Of a DNA stretch of 64,000 bases, positions 28,942 through 39,768 are shown in pieces. Positions within the stretch are counted from its first letter, which is position 1. Every line of letters begins with the position of its first letter. The DNA is taken from positions 43,639 through 107,638 of the IMG/VR virus record IMGVR_UViG_3300034685_000168; one strand, written 5' to 3'. The position numbers were made by a program, and so were the translations under genes. The notes beneath the pieces were generated by a model that had not been told where the DNA came from, searched no databases, and was given only the letters and a program-made list of their open reading frames with translations. This DNA comes from a virus.

Positions 28942-31173
28942 TTATTTGTAAATTAAAATATTTTTATTTTTCTTAAATGTTCTTAAATTTAAATAAATAT
29001 GTTTTTCATTACCTAATACCTTTTTAACATCTTTGATAAAAATAATATTTTTAGCTATCCTATTTAAAAATATATCAGGTATTTTAGCTAATAAAGGATT
29101 ATTAATTTTACCAATACATACAATGTCTGTTTTACCTGTTGGTAATGTTTTTATTTCTTTAATATCACCATCGGAAAAATTACTGATTCTAAGAATATTC
29201 TTATCTTTAGAATTCATATGTGCTATAAAATAATTTTTACCTGGGATATTAATTACATTTTCTATTTCAGTTAAATTACCTGAAGCATTAATGCTTTTTC
29301 TATAAGGTAGCTCAACTGTTGGACATTCTTTTATTTTTCCAAATTTATCTATTAATAAAACATTATCAGAAACATGAAAAGTTTTTTTACCTTCTACTAA
29401 ATATAATCCTTTGGTATAAAAGATTTTACCATCATCAAGAATAACAGTATATTTTAATTTATTAGATGATGCTAATAAATACCCATTATCTTCCTTGGGT
29501 AATTCATACTTTTCTTCTGTCTCTATTCCAGTAGATTTAATATTATATTTATATGCATAAGAAGGATAATAAAATACATCTATATCTTTAGCTGTTTTAA
29601 ATGAATTTAATTTTTTATTTAATTCATCTATATCATGAAGTTGTATAAATCCATTGTGTGTTTTATTAATAATATTAACTCCTATATTAAAATCTGGAGT
29701 TTTTGTTCTTCTCTCCTCTACTAGTTTTCCATATTTATTTTTCAACCATTCTGCATCGGAATAAATTTTTTCATATATATTAGATATTGAATAATTTATC
29801 TCCTTTATTTTATTTATAACTATATCTTTTTCAACAACTAAGTTTTTACTTTTAGATTTAGTTAGTTCTATTATTTTCATTTCAGCTATAACACCAGCTT
29901 GAAATAGTGTTATATTAAATTTTTGTGATAATCTCTTTTTAGCTATATTATCATCTTCTGATGTTCTTATTATATTAATTACATCATCTATATGATCTTG
30001 TATTTTTAAAAGAGCTTCTAATCTTCTTAATTTATTATATTGTCTTTTAGCTTCATATCCATATTGAGAAGAAATACTATAATATCTTTCTTCCATCCAA
30101 TATTCTAATATTTCCAATGGTGTAAAAGCTTTGAATCTATTTTTATAAAATAAATTATATTTAAAAGATTCATTTTGACTAAAACTTGTTATCTTCTTAA
30201 TTTTAGAAAGATATTCAAATATATCTTTGTTCTGTTTAAATGAAAATTCAAAGTCTGCATATAATACATTCTTTATACCACCAGATACATCTTTAAATTC
30301 CAAGATATTCTGGAACCAAGATTTTTTATCTATCATCATATCTGTCATTTTTTTAGATATTGTATTAAGTGCAATAGAGTTGGGTAAAGATCTAATATTA
30401 ATAATATTAGATGATAATGACATAGTTCCATCTACAAGCATTCTATAATCAAAATCTAATTTCCTAATACTATCTTCTATTTGTCTTTTATTCCTTAATA
30501 ACCCATATGTTGGAAAGTCAGGAATTAAATATTTAACAACTCTATCTATTTCTTTTCTTATATCTTTCTTTTCATGAATAATATTTATAGTTTCTAAAAC
30601 AAGGTTAACTATATCATTTAAATTATACTGTGGTGCTTTACTATAAAATCCAGATCCAATAACTGTTGTTCCTAATAATAAAGTTGTTGGTATTTTAGGA
30701 ATAAAATATTCTGGTTCTAAAAAGTCTTCACCATCTACCTCAACCATATTTATAGTTCTTTCCATATTAGGGAAGAAAAATAAATCTTTAGAGAATTCAG
30801 ATATCTTTCCTTCTAGATATCTTGGTTTACCTGCTTTATCTCCAGCATAACAACCAATACCACCTTGATGATCTAGTAGTGGAATAGGAAAAACCCAAGG
30901 TTGCATCATACGTGACATTGTTTTTCCTATACTAGCATCTCCAGAAGGATGATATTCATTCACAGCACTAACTTGTGCATGAACCTTTTTCATGGGCTTA
31001 TCTTTTATCCCATATAATATTCTTCTTGTGACTTTATTTAGTCCATCCACAAGATGATTAGATTTCTGTATGCATAGTTCTTTAGAGAACTCTTCCATAT
31101 ATGCTGTAATCAAGGTTCCAGCATCAGTTTCATCTCCAAGTCCTAAAAAACCATATTTTTGATCTTCTTCCAT
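28942..31173 (-). CDS. gyrA: Type IIA topoisomerase subunit A (GyrA/ParC-like)
   Basis: DGLNKVTRRILY, YHPSGDAS, KPRY (active Tyr), LEPEYF, PDFPTYG, tower and coiled-coil regions. Confidence 0.9.
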   Translation of the reverse strand: MEEDQKYGFLGLGDETDAGTLITAYMEEFSKELCIQKSNHLVDGLNKVTRRILYGIKDKPMKKVHAQVSAVNEYHPSGDASIGKTMSRMMQPWVFPIPLLDHQGGIGCYAGDKAGKPRYLEGKISEFSKDLFFFPNMERTINMVEVDGEDFLEPEYFIPKIPTTLLLGTTVIGSGFYSKAPQYNLNDIVNLVLETINIIHEKKDIRKEIDRVVKYLIPDFPTYGLLRNKRQIEDSIRKLDFDYRMLVDGTMSLSSNIINIRSLPNSIALNTISKKMTDMMIDKKSWFQNILEFKDVSGGIKNVLYADFEFSFKQNKDIFEYLSKIKKITSFSQNESFKYNLFYKNRFKAFTPLEILEYWMEERYYSISSQYGYEAKRQYNKLRRLEALLKIQDHIDDVINIIRTSEDDNIAKKRLSQKFNITLFQAGVIAEMKIIELTKSKSKNLVVEKDIVINKIKEINYSISNIYEKIYSDAEWLKNKYGKLVEERRTKTPDFNIGVNIINKTHNGFIQLHDIDELNKKLNSFKTAKDIDVFYYPSYAYKYNIKSTGIETEEKYELPKEDNGYLLASSNKLKYTVILDDGKIFYTKGLYLVEGKKTFHVSDNVLLIDKFGKIKECPTVELPYRKSINASGNLTEIENVINIPGKNYFIAHMNSKDKNILRISNFSDGDIKEIKTLPTGKTDIVCIGKINNPLLAKIPDIFLNRIAKNIIFIKDVKKVLGNEKHIYLNLRTFKKNKNILIYK

Positions 31174-31266
31174 TAAGCCCCCAAAACTATCTATTTCAGT
31201 GATATAAAATGGTCAAAATTCATTAAAAAAAAGGGTAGGTGTATCATTACCTTACCCCTGTATTTT

Positions 31267-31632
31267 TTAAGGAATTGGTATTTTTTGTTTTTCTATATTT
31301 TGGTCATCAAAAACTACCTCTATATCAGCTATTATAGATAACAAGTTTATATTTAAAATATCACAAAATTCTTGAAGTTTTCTAAATGTTACTTTATCTG
31401 ATTTTTGAAGCATTCTTGTAAAGTTATATGCTCTTGCAGATCTTTGTTTATTGTCTTGCATATTAACTTCTTTTATTAGAAATTCATGACATTTGTTTAT
31501 GAAATATTTTTTACCAATATTATTATTGATACATATTTTAACTAATAATCTTTTTAATATGTCATCAATATACTCTAAATCTTTTTCAACAAACAATGGC
31601 TCGCCTTCGGCCATTCTCCATTTATTATCCAT
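31267..31632 (-). CDS. Small hypothetical protein, possibly DNA-binding
   Basis: VTFRKLQEFCDILNI resembles the C-terminus of XRE-type HTH domains. Confidence 0.5.
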   Translation of the reverse strand: MDNKWRMAEGEPLFVEKDLEYIDDILKRLLVKICINNNIGKKYFINKCHEFLIKEVNMQDNKQRSARAYNFTRMLQKSDKVTFRKLQEFCDILNINLLSIIADIEVVFDDQNIEKQKIPIP

Positions 31633-31646
31633 TATATTTATCCCTT

Positions 31647-32333
31647 TTAATTATCAATAATAATTTGTAAATTATTTAAATATTGATTAATAGGTTCTCT
31701 ATTTTCATAACTATCTTTATATATTGAAAAAATAATATATTGAAGATATATTGATAGTGTTGATAAGTAATCATCTACATCCTCAGTTATATTTTTATTT
31801 GGAGTATTTATATCCATTGTTAAATTTTTAAATCCAGTCAAAATATGAGTATATAATTTAATAGTTCTGATTTTTAAATTCATATTTTCTTGAAATAAAA
31901 TATCATAATCTCTATTAAATTTATAAATTGCTAATTTTAATTGATTTCTCCTTTTAAAAGTTAAATTATTAGATGTATGTTTTAATAATACAAAAGCTGC
32001 TAGACTAGTTATTTGTGCATTAAGTATATTATATAAATGTTCATTATATTCTGGAAGAGTAGATTTTCCAATTGACTTAGATAATTTCACTAAATGAAGT
32101 TTAGTAATAAAATCATGTTTATTATTTTTCTTCTTCTTTTTTACAAACAATTTATCTATTATTGTTTCTTTATCAAAACAATAATATTTGAATGCTTTCA
32201 TTTTATCAAAATGTGTTGATAATACAACATATGTTACTGTATTAATTTTATGTAATAAATTTTCTTGTTCTTTTTCATCATTAGATGAAAAATATTTTGT
32301 TATAAATTCAGTATACTTATAAAATTCGTCCAT
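31647..32333 (-). CDS. Hypothetical protein
   Basis: 228-aa ORF between the topoisomerase subunit genes. Confidence 0.65.
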   Translation of the reverse strand: MDEFYKYTEFITKYFSSNDEKEQENLLHKINTVTYVVLSTHFDKMKAFKYYCFDKETIIDKLFVKKKKKNNKHDFITKLHLVKLSKSIGKSTLPEYNEHLYNILNAQITSLAAFVLLKHTSNNLTFKRRNQLKLAIYKFNRDYDILFQENMNLKIRTIKLYTHILTGFKNLTMDINTPNKNITEDVDDYLSTLSIYLQYIIFSIYKDSYENREPINQYLNNLQIIIDN

Positions 32334-32338
32334 TATAT

Positions 32339-34768
32339 TTATTCTCCTTCAATAAATTGTTTTCTATATGTTGGGTCAACTCCCATCATTCGATATATTT
32401 TTTCTGTTTCTCCTAATTCCGTTATTGTAATAAATGATCTTGTTCTTGGATTAACACATATTTCGTATAAGTCTTCTGGATTTAAAACACCTATTCCTTT
32501 ATATCTACTTATAGAAACCATAGAAGCAAGTGTATCAAGAATATTATTTAAATAACATATAGTAACAGGAGTTTGGTTATACTCTTCTGAATTTTTAGAA
32601 GTTATTTTAAATACATATTTATCATAATTTATTTTAGCTAAGATAGGATATATCTTTGTTTTTAATTTTTCATATAAACCATGAAGAGGAATAGTAAATT
32701 CACCACCATCTTCAAAATCTATAGATAATGTATTCCTTAATTCATCATACAACACTGGTTTATTAATTAACTTAGATATTCCTTCTACATTAACATTATC
32801 AGGTTCAAATAGTTTATAATACAATGCAAATATTTCTAAAAAAGTTGGATCAACATTGGTATTTTTTGCATATGTAATTATTTGAGTATTTATGTTTTTA
32901 ACCATATATATTACATCTCTATATGCTCCATTTTCTAATTTTTTATCTACATAATTCATACCATCTTTTATAGATACAAAAATATCTAAAGAAGGTTTGT
33001 AAACTTTTTCTATTAACTCATCATTTTTAGCTTTATAATCTTTTAAGAATAAAGTTTTATTTTTATACTTCATACAGTATAAAGGTGGGTTAGCAACCAC
33101 TACTCTTCCTTGAGCTAAAATCAATGGGTTAATTGTGTAAAATATAGAACACAATAGAGATGCAATATGTAATCCATCTATATCGGCATCTGTAAGTATT
33201 ATTATTTTACTAAAGTTCATATTATTAAGATCAGTATCTGTTTCTGATACACCTAATATTTGTTTTATATCTTTAAAAACAGCATCTTTATTAGCTTTCT
33301 TTTTTTCTTTAACAGCATTGACTGTCTTACCTGTTAGAAAATAGATAGCTTGAAAATCAGCATCTCTTGCTGCTTTCAAAGTATTACCGGCTGTTTCACC
33401 TTCTGTAAAGAATATTTCTGTAACTCTATTATCTTTACTTCTACAAGGTTTATAATTATCTGGTTTTTCTAAACTAGAATATACATTAGACAATCCTTTA
33501 GTTTTAATTTGTCTTTTATTATAAATCTTATATCTTTCTTCTATATCAGGAAGTAGCAATTCAAATAATTCTTTTATTTCTTCTTCTCTTTGATATAGTA
33601 ATTTAGATAAAATATTTCCATATATCTGCCTGAAGATAATGTCAACATAACCTTCTTTAGCAGCACCTATATATTTAGCTCCTTTTATAGCAGCAATAAT
33701 AGATGGTAAAATAGGAAGTTTATAATATGAATCAAAAAAGGCTTTTATTTCTACATCGCCTTCATCAAAATAATTGGACATAATACTTTTTAATGTATTA
33801 TAAAATACCACAATGTGATCTGAATGTTGTAGTTTCATAAATACACCATTAACTGCAGATATTACAATAGTATTAGAAGGTACATGAAATGAATTGGGAA
33901 CAACAAAATTTATTTCAAATCCAAATTTAGTTTTATCGTTATAATTATAATTAATATTCTCCATAGAAAATACTATATTTTTATCAGTTATTCCATAATA
34001 CTTTTGAATATATTTTTTCATAGTCTTAGGTTGTTCTGTTTTAAAGACTAATTTTAAATTTTGCATATCAAAAATATTATTTAAAGTATTTTTTATATCT
34101 CCTTTTAGTTTAATTAAAGGAATTTTATTTTGTTTGTGTTTATAATAATGAATATTTACATTATGTTCTGATACATAACTTATAAATTCTATATATTCAT
34201 CTAATAATCTTTCACCTTCTCCACCAATAAAATCTTTTGCATCTATAAAGATCTTATCATCAGATTGAATCATTATTGTTGTTCCGTAATTACCATGATC
34301 TTCTTTGGTAACTACAGACTCTAATATTTCTCCTTCTTTAATAAGAAGTTTAGCAGTTCCTTCTGGTCTTTTAGATATAGCACAAACTACTGAACTAGCA
34401 GCACACGAAGCAACAACACCTATACCATATGCACCAGCAGTATTTTTTGTATAAGCACCAGAATTTTGTTTACCAGAAGCATATAATTTAGTTAATAATA
34501 CTTCTAAACTATTAAGAGGAATACCTCTACCTTTATCCACTATAGTTACTTGATAACCACCGTTATAACTTCTTAAATAAACTTCTATAGGTTCTGTTGT
34601 GCCTATAGCAGCATGTTCATCAACACTATTATCTACATTTTCTCGTATTACAAGAACTTGACCTTTAGGTCCCATTTCACCTATAACTGAAGAAGGCGAC
34701 ATTCTAATACCATACATATCATTTTTAGGTATTGTAATATCATTATCTGTATAAGAACTAACAACCAT
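32339..34768 (-). CDS. gyrB: Type IIA topoisomerase subunit B (GyrB/ParE-like)
   Basis: GHKL motifs ENVDNSVDE, DKGRGIP, GTTI; TOPRIM motifs EGETAG, TDADIDGLHI; PPLY; RYKGIG. Confidence 0.92.
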   Translation of the reverse strand: MVVSSYTDNDITIPKNDMYGIRMSPSSVIGEMGPKGQVLVIRENVDNSVDEHAAIGTTEPIEVYLRSYNGGYQVTIVDKGRGIPLNSLEVLLTKLYASGKQNSGAYTKNTAGAYGIGVVASCAASSVVCAISKRPEGTAKLLIKEGEILESVVTKEDHGNYGTTIMIQSDDKIFIDAKDFIGGEGERLLDEYIEFISYVSEHNVNIHYYKHKQNKIPLIKLKGDIKNTLNNIFDMQNLKLVFKTEQPKTMKKYIQKYYGITDKNIVFSMENINYNYNDKTKFGFEINFVVPNSFHVPSNTIVISAVNGVFMKLQHSDHIVVFYNTLKSIMSNYFDEGDVEIKAFFDSYYKLPILPSIIAAIKGAKYIGAAKEGYVDIIFRQIYGNILSKLLYQREEEIKELFELLLPDIEERYKIYNKRQIKTKGLSNVYSSLEKPDNYKPCRSKDNRVTEIFFTEGETAGNTLKAARDADFQAIYFLTGKTVNAVKEKKKANKDAVFKDIKQILGVSETDTDLNNMNFSKIIILTDADIDGLHIASLLCSIFYTINPLILAQGRVVVANPPLYCMKYKNKTLFLKDYKAKNDELIEKVYKPSLDIFVSIKDGMNYVDKKLENGAYRDVIYMVKNINTQIITYAKNTNVDPTFLEIFALYYKLFEPDNVNVEGISKLINKPVLYDELRNTLSIDFEDGGEFTIPLHGLYEKLKTKIYPILAKINYDKYVFKITSKNSEEYNQTPVTICYLNNILDTLASMVSISRYKGIGVLNPEDLYEICVNPRTRSFITITELGETEKIYRMMGVDPTYRKQFIEGE

Positions 34769-34812
34769 AATATTTTCTCCTCTTTCTATTTGTAATTTTT
34801 ATATTATTTCTT

Positions 34813-34834
34813 TAATAGTAATATATAAATAAAA
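34813..34834 (-). promoter_or_regulatory. phiKZ-type early promoter (TATATTAC)
   Basis: 22-bp exact copy of 27051-27072, 45 nt upstream of the gyrB start. Confidence 0.7.
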
Positions 34835-34883
34835 AAATAGTGAACATATTTTAATATAGTATGTTTAATTAATAATAAAAAAT

Positions 34884-34919
34884 ATATTACTACTCCAGAA
34901 TCAACTGGAGTAGTAATAT
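34884..34919. terminator. Hairpin terminator
   Basis: atattactactccag-aatcaa-ctggagtagtaatat. Confidence 0.8.
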
Positions 34920-34923
34920 GTAA

Positions 34924-35391
34924 TTAATCTATTTCATCTAAATTTATATCTATATATTCAGGATTTTCTATAAGTTCTGTTTCTTTAATTGTTATGTTAT
35001 TTTTATTAACTATATCTTCTAATTTATCATCACTAAATGTTTTATTTTTAATCATATTAAAATTAACTTTAGGAAGTATAGATGTAATATCAGAACTAAT
35101 ATCTTCTATAATTTCATTAGCCTTATTCTTTAATTCTAGTTTTGCTTTATCAACATAAGCCTTATCATAAGAATTTATAGTATCATTTAATGTTTTTATA
35201 ACAGACATTTGAGCTAATACCACTTCAGAACCTTTTGGATTATTAATAATATCTTTTAAATTAATATCTTCTAATGGTTCTAATAATTTATTTATAATTT
35301 TATTTCTTATAACATTAGTTTTTTCAATAGATGTTTCTACATCTTTCATAAATTTAGGTTGAACTACTTTTATTTCTTCTTGTTCTTCCAT
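34924..35391 (-). CDS. Hypothetical protein
   Basis: 155-aa ORF. Confidence 0.65.
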   Translation of the reverse strand: MEEQEEIKVVQPKFMKDVETSIEKTNVIRNKIINKLLEPLEDINLKDIINNPKGSEVVLAQMSVIKTLNDTINSYDKAYVDKAKLELKNKANEIIEDISSDITSILPKVNFNMIKNKTFSDDKLEDIVNKNNITIKETELIENPEYIDINLDEID

Positions 35392-35410
35392 AATAAAAAG
35401 CCTTTTTTAT

Positions 35411-36076
35411 TTAACCTATCTTCTCACTAAAATATAATACAAGTGCATCATTGTTAGAAGACATTCTAAGTTGATCTATATTGATATTAAATTTTTCAGA
35501 CTTATCTTTTCTTTTATTATGATCAGCAAGTTTAATAAATGCTGTTAGAATATCAGCTGTTTTTACTTGACTTGCACTATTAAAACCTGGTATTTTAACA
35601 GAAGACACTCCTTGGAAAATACAATTATCAGAAGTAATACCTGATCTATGTTTTTCTATAAATGAAAGAACTTCATCAAATACTTTAAAACTTTTAACTC
35701 TAAATAGAACAGAAGTAATGGAAATTAAATTACGCACATGTTGTTCAAGATCTTTAGTCATTGGTCTTGAAACACCTTTGATTTTTTCTGCTGTTTTTTC
35801 ATAATCTTTTAGAATAATTTTGATATTTTTTAAAAATAGTTCATCTACAGTAGGTTTTTTAACTTCTTCTTCTATAGGAACAACTTTTTCTTTTACTTCT
35901 TCTTCTGGTTCTGGTACAACTTCTTCTTTTACTTCTTCTTCTTCTGGTTCTTTTTCATCTTCTGAAGTCAGGTTATCTTCTTCAGATAGTTCTTCTACAT
36001 TTACATTTTCTGATTCCATTTCATTTTCTCCTGTTACTGGATTAATAGTTTTAATTCTATTTTTTTTCTTAGCCAT
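35411..36076 (-). CDS. Hypothetical protein with an acidic low-complexity N-terminus
   Basis: Three EEEVK[EK] repeats; AAGGAG RBS. Confidence 0.7.
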   Translation of the reverse strand: MAKKKNRIKTINPVTGENEMESENVNVEELSEEDNLTSEDEKEPEEEEVKEEVVPEPEEEVKEKVVPIEEEVKKPTVDELFLKNIKIILKDYEKTAEKIKGVSRPMTKDLEQHVRNLISITSVLFRVKSFKVFDEVLSFIEKHRSGITSDNCIFQGVSSVKIPGFNSASQVKTADILTAFIKLADHNKRKDKSEKFNINIDQLRMSSNNDALVLYFSEKIG

Positions 36077-36121
36077 TTTATTTCTTCTCCTTATATATTT
36101 ATATAATCTTTTATATAATAT

Positions 36122-37354
36122 TTAGAAACTAATAAAATAATCTTCAAATTTAAACTTTTTTATATTAACTTTAGATCCATGCATAGATTTCATTTTAAAG
36201 TTCATAGTGTCATTACCAATTGATGCAATATTATCGACAACCGTTTTTTGTTCTAATAATTCATAATCCATATGTGTACAATGATAACATAAACCATTTT
36301 TTACTTTACAGTGAAAAGGATCTCGTAGTATTACTTTTTTATTTAAATATTGATTTATATTATCAATAGTTAAAACTACAGTTTTATCTCCTTCGATAAT
36401 ATATCGTCCTAAATAAGTTTCTGTATCTTTTATTATTTCTTCTCTACCTTCCGTAGTACCACAATCTATTTCTGATATTTCTAATGAACTAAATACTCTA
36501 TAAAGTAATTTAGCCAAATACCCACCTTCTCTAGTTCCAATACCTCTATCAGAAGAACCTTTTACAATAGTATTACATATAGCAGCAAAGTCTTTTTTTT
36601 TCCAACCTGATAATAATGAAGATTCAATAAAATCGAATGTTCCTTCATCTTTATTAAATCTCTCTACAACACCTTGCATTAAAAATAATGTTTTTCTATG
36701 TACATCAAAAGCTTTACTTCCTATAGCATCATAAAAAATAATACCTATATCATCTTTTAAAGTATCTCTATCTAGTGCAATAAGTTCATCTTCTATATTA
36801 ATAATAATTTTAAATTTTTCATTCTCATCTAAATTAGGATCTAATAATTCTTCTTTATGAAGATTTAATAATTCCTGAGCTCGTTTTAGCACTATATCAG
36901 AAACAACTATAGAATCACTACTAAAAGATGCCGTATGTAATTCATTAAAATGTGCTATAAACCTTAAATTATCTAAGAATATACCATAGTCTTCAACTGT
37001 TAAAGATTTATCATATAATCTTAATTTTATTTGTTGATGAATTTTACTAATAGTTGATTTAGTGAATCCTTCGTTTATATATTGAAAACTTTCTGTAAAA
37101 TTATCAATATGTTTAAATGGATCAACTAATAAAATATAATTACCAATATATTGTCCTATATTAGTTAATATTGGAGTATTTTTATTATAGTTTTCAATCA
37201 TACCTTTTTCTAAATAAAATTCCGATCTTAATGGTATTTTAAACTTAGTATCATTTTCATCTAAAGGTGGTGTGAATGTATCTATTAAAAATTTTCTATA
37301 TAATAAATTTTCTCTATTATCAACTAGATAATTTATTTGTTTTTCATTTAACAT
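36122..37354 (-). CDS. Virion RNA polymerase beta' subunit, C-terminal part (phiKZ gp80-like)
   Basis: Bridge helix GSSDRGIGTREGGY, DCGT, zinc site LRDPFHC..LCYHC, trigger-loop MKSMH. Confidence 0.85.
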   Translation of the reverse strand: MLNEKQINYLVDNRENLLYRKFLIDTFTPPLDENDTKFKIPLRSEFYLEKGMIENYNKNTPILTNIGQYIGNYILLVDPFKHIDNFTESFQYINEGFTKSTISKIHQQIKLRLYDKSLTVEDYGIFLDNLRFIAHFNELHTASFSSDSIVVSDIVLKRAQELLNLHKEELLDPNLDENEKFKIIINIEDELIALDRDTLKDDIGIIFYDAIGSKAFDVHRKTLFLMQGVVERFNKDEGTFDFIESSLLSGWKKKDFAAICNTIVKGSSDRGIGTREGGYLAKLLYRVFSSLEISEIDCGTTEGREEIIKDTETYLGRYIIEGDKTVVLTIDNINQYLNKKVILRDPFHCKVKNGLCYHCTHMDYELLEQKTVVDNIASIGNDTMNFKMKSMHGSKVNIKKFKFEDYFISF

Positions 37355-37361
37355 TAGTTAA

Positions 37362-37910
37362 TTATCCTTCTAATATAATTTTACTAGGTGGACCATTTTC
37401 TCTTATTTTATTTATTATAAACTCCAGGTATCCTTTAAATATTTCTTTATTACTTATATCATAAAAATATTTAGTTAGTAGTAAATTATAATTTTCATTT
37501 AATGGATATGATTTATTAAAAGCTAAAATAATATTGATTATTAATGATGAATTATCTTCTTCATAATCGAAAACTTCATTATGAATTAGTTCTTCTATAT
37601 CATAAGATAAATCTGTATTTTGTTCAAATATATTTATTAGATCTTGTTTTCTAAATACTTTTCTTAATATTTCTATTAATTTTAATTTAGAAAAACTACT
37701 AAATAATTCATCTTTTTCAATATTAATAATAATACCAGCTTGTATAAGTTCTTCATATATTGAATAATAAGTATTTAATAATACATCTTTAATAGTGACA
37801 TATTCTTCTTCATTATTCTCATCCCTATTCTCCAAATACTCTCTTGCATAAGCTGATATTTCTGCTAATTCTCTAATTTTTAATTCATAATCTATTTCAT
37901 CTACAAACAT
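37362..37910 (-). CDS. Hypothetical protein
   Basis: 182-aa acidic ORF. Confidence 0.65.
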   Translation of the reverse strand: MFVDEIDYELKIRELAEISAYAREYLENRDENNEEEYVTIKDVLLNTYYSIYEELIQAGIIINIEKDELFSSFSKLKLIEILRKVFRKQDLINIFEQNTDLSYDIEELIHNEVFDYEEDNSSLIINIILAFNKSYPLNENYNLLLTKYFYDISNKEIFKGYLEFIINKIRENGPPSKIILEG

Positions 37911-37913
37911 AAT

Positions 37914-38855
37914 TTATTTCTCTTTTCTAGTTATTTGAACTAAAACGTTATGAGTTTCATTAATAATAACTTTACCAGTTGTTAATAAAGTAAACAACCA
38001 TTTGTTTATGAACTGTGTATAAATTAATAAATTATCTAATTGTTTTTTATAAATATCATAATCTAAATTTTTACCTTTAATAATTTTTTCAACTTGTTTT
38101 TCTATAATATCTAATTCATTATATTTATTATCAAATTTACTAATTATATTTACCATCTGATCAGATAATTGTTTTTTAACAAAATTAAAAAAATTATCAT
38201 AATCATAATTTAAATTAACTAATGAATCGTTTTTATATTTATCTTTAATATTAAATTCTATCTTTAAGTCTTGGGTAACTATACCTTCTATTTCTTCTAT
38301 TATATCAATAAATGATTTTAAACTTTTAGTATTTTTATCAATTTTATTTTCTATAATAGATGTTACTTCATTTTTATCCAATAACTTAAGATTAAAAGAT
38401 TTAATAAAATTATCAGTAATTTTAGATAAGTAATTAAAATCTAAAGTATTAATACTTTTATTATTAATATTATTTATTACTATTTCTCTATCTAATTTAA
38501 TAGCTTCTTCTCTAGCTGCTTTTATTTTTTTACTATCTGTAATTATAGAGTTATAAAGTTTTTTAAATAAATTAGAAAAAAAAGAAATAATATCTTTTAT
38601 TTTTTTCCAAAGATAGTCTAAAGCATCAGAAATTACACCATTAAGAAATATCTTTATATCTTCTTTATTTTTACATATATTAAGTTCTTGTTCTATATCA
38701 GTATCATAAAAATAAAATAAATAATCTCTAGCTTCTGTATAAGTTAATTTATCTATAGTTTTATTTAAAAATAAATTTAACATATGAATATCTTTTTGTA
38801 CTAGAGTACAATCCATAATTATATTATCTACATAATTCATATTGTATATTTCCAT
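37914..38855 (-). CDS. Internal head (inner-body-like) protein paralogue
   Basis: Amphipathic helix ISDALDYLWKKIKDIISFFSNLFKKL and an SL..L.Y motif shared with 42697, 61838 and 62957. Confidence 0.55.
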   Translation of the reverse strand: MEIYNMNYVDNIIMDCTLVQKDIHMLNLFLNKTIDKLTYTEARDYLFYFYDTDIEQELNICKNKEDIKIFLNGVISDALDYLWKKIKDIISFFSNLFKKLYNSIITDSKKIKAAREEAIKLDREIVINNINNKSINTLDFNYLSKITDNFIKSFNLKLLDKNEVTSIIENKIDKNTKSLKSFIDIIEEIEGIVTQDLKIEFNIKDKYKNDSLVNLNYDYDNFFNFVKKQLSDQMVNIISKFDNKYNELDIIEKQVEKIIKGKNLDYDIYKKQLDNLLIYTQFINKWLFTLLTTGKVIINETHNVLVQITRKEK

Positions 38856-38876
38856 AATTAATTCTTATCCTTTTTT

Positions 38877-39317
38877 TTAATTTAAAAAAAATATTATATT
38901 GTGTAAAAAATTAAATAATTGTTCCCATTCAAATTCATCTTCTTTTATAAAAATTAAATTAAATAACAATACAATAATAATTGCTATATATTTAATTGTT
39001 TTTTTCAAACTATATTTAAATTTATATTTTTTTATAATTTTATCTATATCAGGAAATGTATAAACCATAACCTCTTCTTGATTATTTTGTGTATAACGTT
39101 TTACTATTAATTTATTTTCTTCTCTTTCTATTATTTCAATAAAATTATCTGATATTATTTTTATCTTAAATTTGTCATGTTTATTCGAATCTATGTAATC
39201 ATCTATTATATCAAAAATTAAAGAAAGAGTTATACTATTATGTTGGTGTATTTTTTCTTTATTTAATTTTTTATTAACTTCGTTTAAAATATATAATTTA
39301 TTTCTTTTATCACCCAT
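38877..39317 (-). CDS. Small membrane protein
   Basis: Hydrophobic segment YIAIIIVLLFNLIFI near the C-terminus. Confidence 0.55.
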   Translation of the reverse strand: MGDKRNKLYILNEVNKKLNKEKIHQHNSITLSLIFDIIDDYIDSNKHDKFKIKIISDNFIEIIEREENKLIVKRYTQNNQEEVMVYTFPDIDKIIKKYKFKYSLKKTIKYIAIIIVLLFNLIFIKEDEFEWEQLFNFLHNIIFFLN

Positions 39318-39383
39318 TACATAATTTCCTAAATATTATTATGGTTAATATATAAAATATTAAAAAAAATAAATAGTTGTTAA

Positions 39384-39416
39384 ATATACTAGGTGAATTA
39401 AATTCACCTAGTATAT
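39384..39416. terminator. Hairpin terminator
   Basis: atatactaggtgaat-taa-attcacctagtatat. Confidence 0.8.
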
Positions 39417-39420
39417 ATAT

Positions 39421-39768
39421 TTAATAATCTATATTAGATATAATTGTTTTTATATCTATTATGTATTGAATAACAAATGGTTTCTCTATTGTTATAGATT
39501 TTCCCACAACACTATTATTAAAATAAGATTTATCTAAATAATTTATTCTAACAATGTAAAAAGTTTCATTTCTTGATAAAATTGTTATATCAGTTATTTT
39601 ACTTTCTTCTATTTTACATAGTTTTTCTACTGCTTCTTTTACCATTTCAAATTCATCATGAACTTTACATAATCTTGACCAAAATTTTTGATATTTTTTA
39701 TTTTCAAGATCATTCATTAATTTTATGTATTTCAATACAAATTTATTTTTAATTCTAGAATGTATCAT
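39421..39768 (-). CDS. Hypothetical protein
   Basis: 115 aa; AAGGAG RBS. Confidence 0.65.
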   Translation of the reverse strand: MIHSRIKNKFVLKYIKLMNDLENKKYQKFWSRLCKVHDEFEMVKEAVEKLCKIEESKITDITILSRNETFYIVRINYLDKSYFNNSVVGKSITIEKPFVIQYIIDIKTIISNIDY

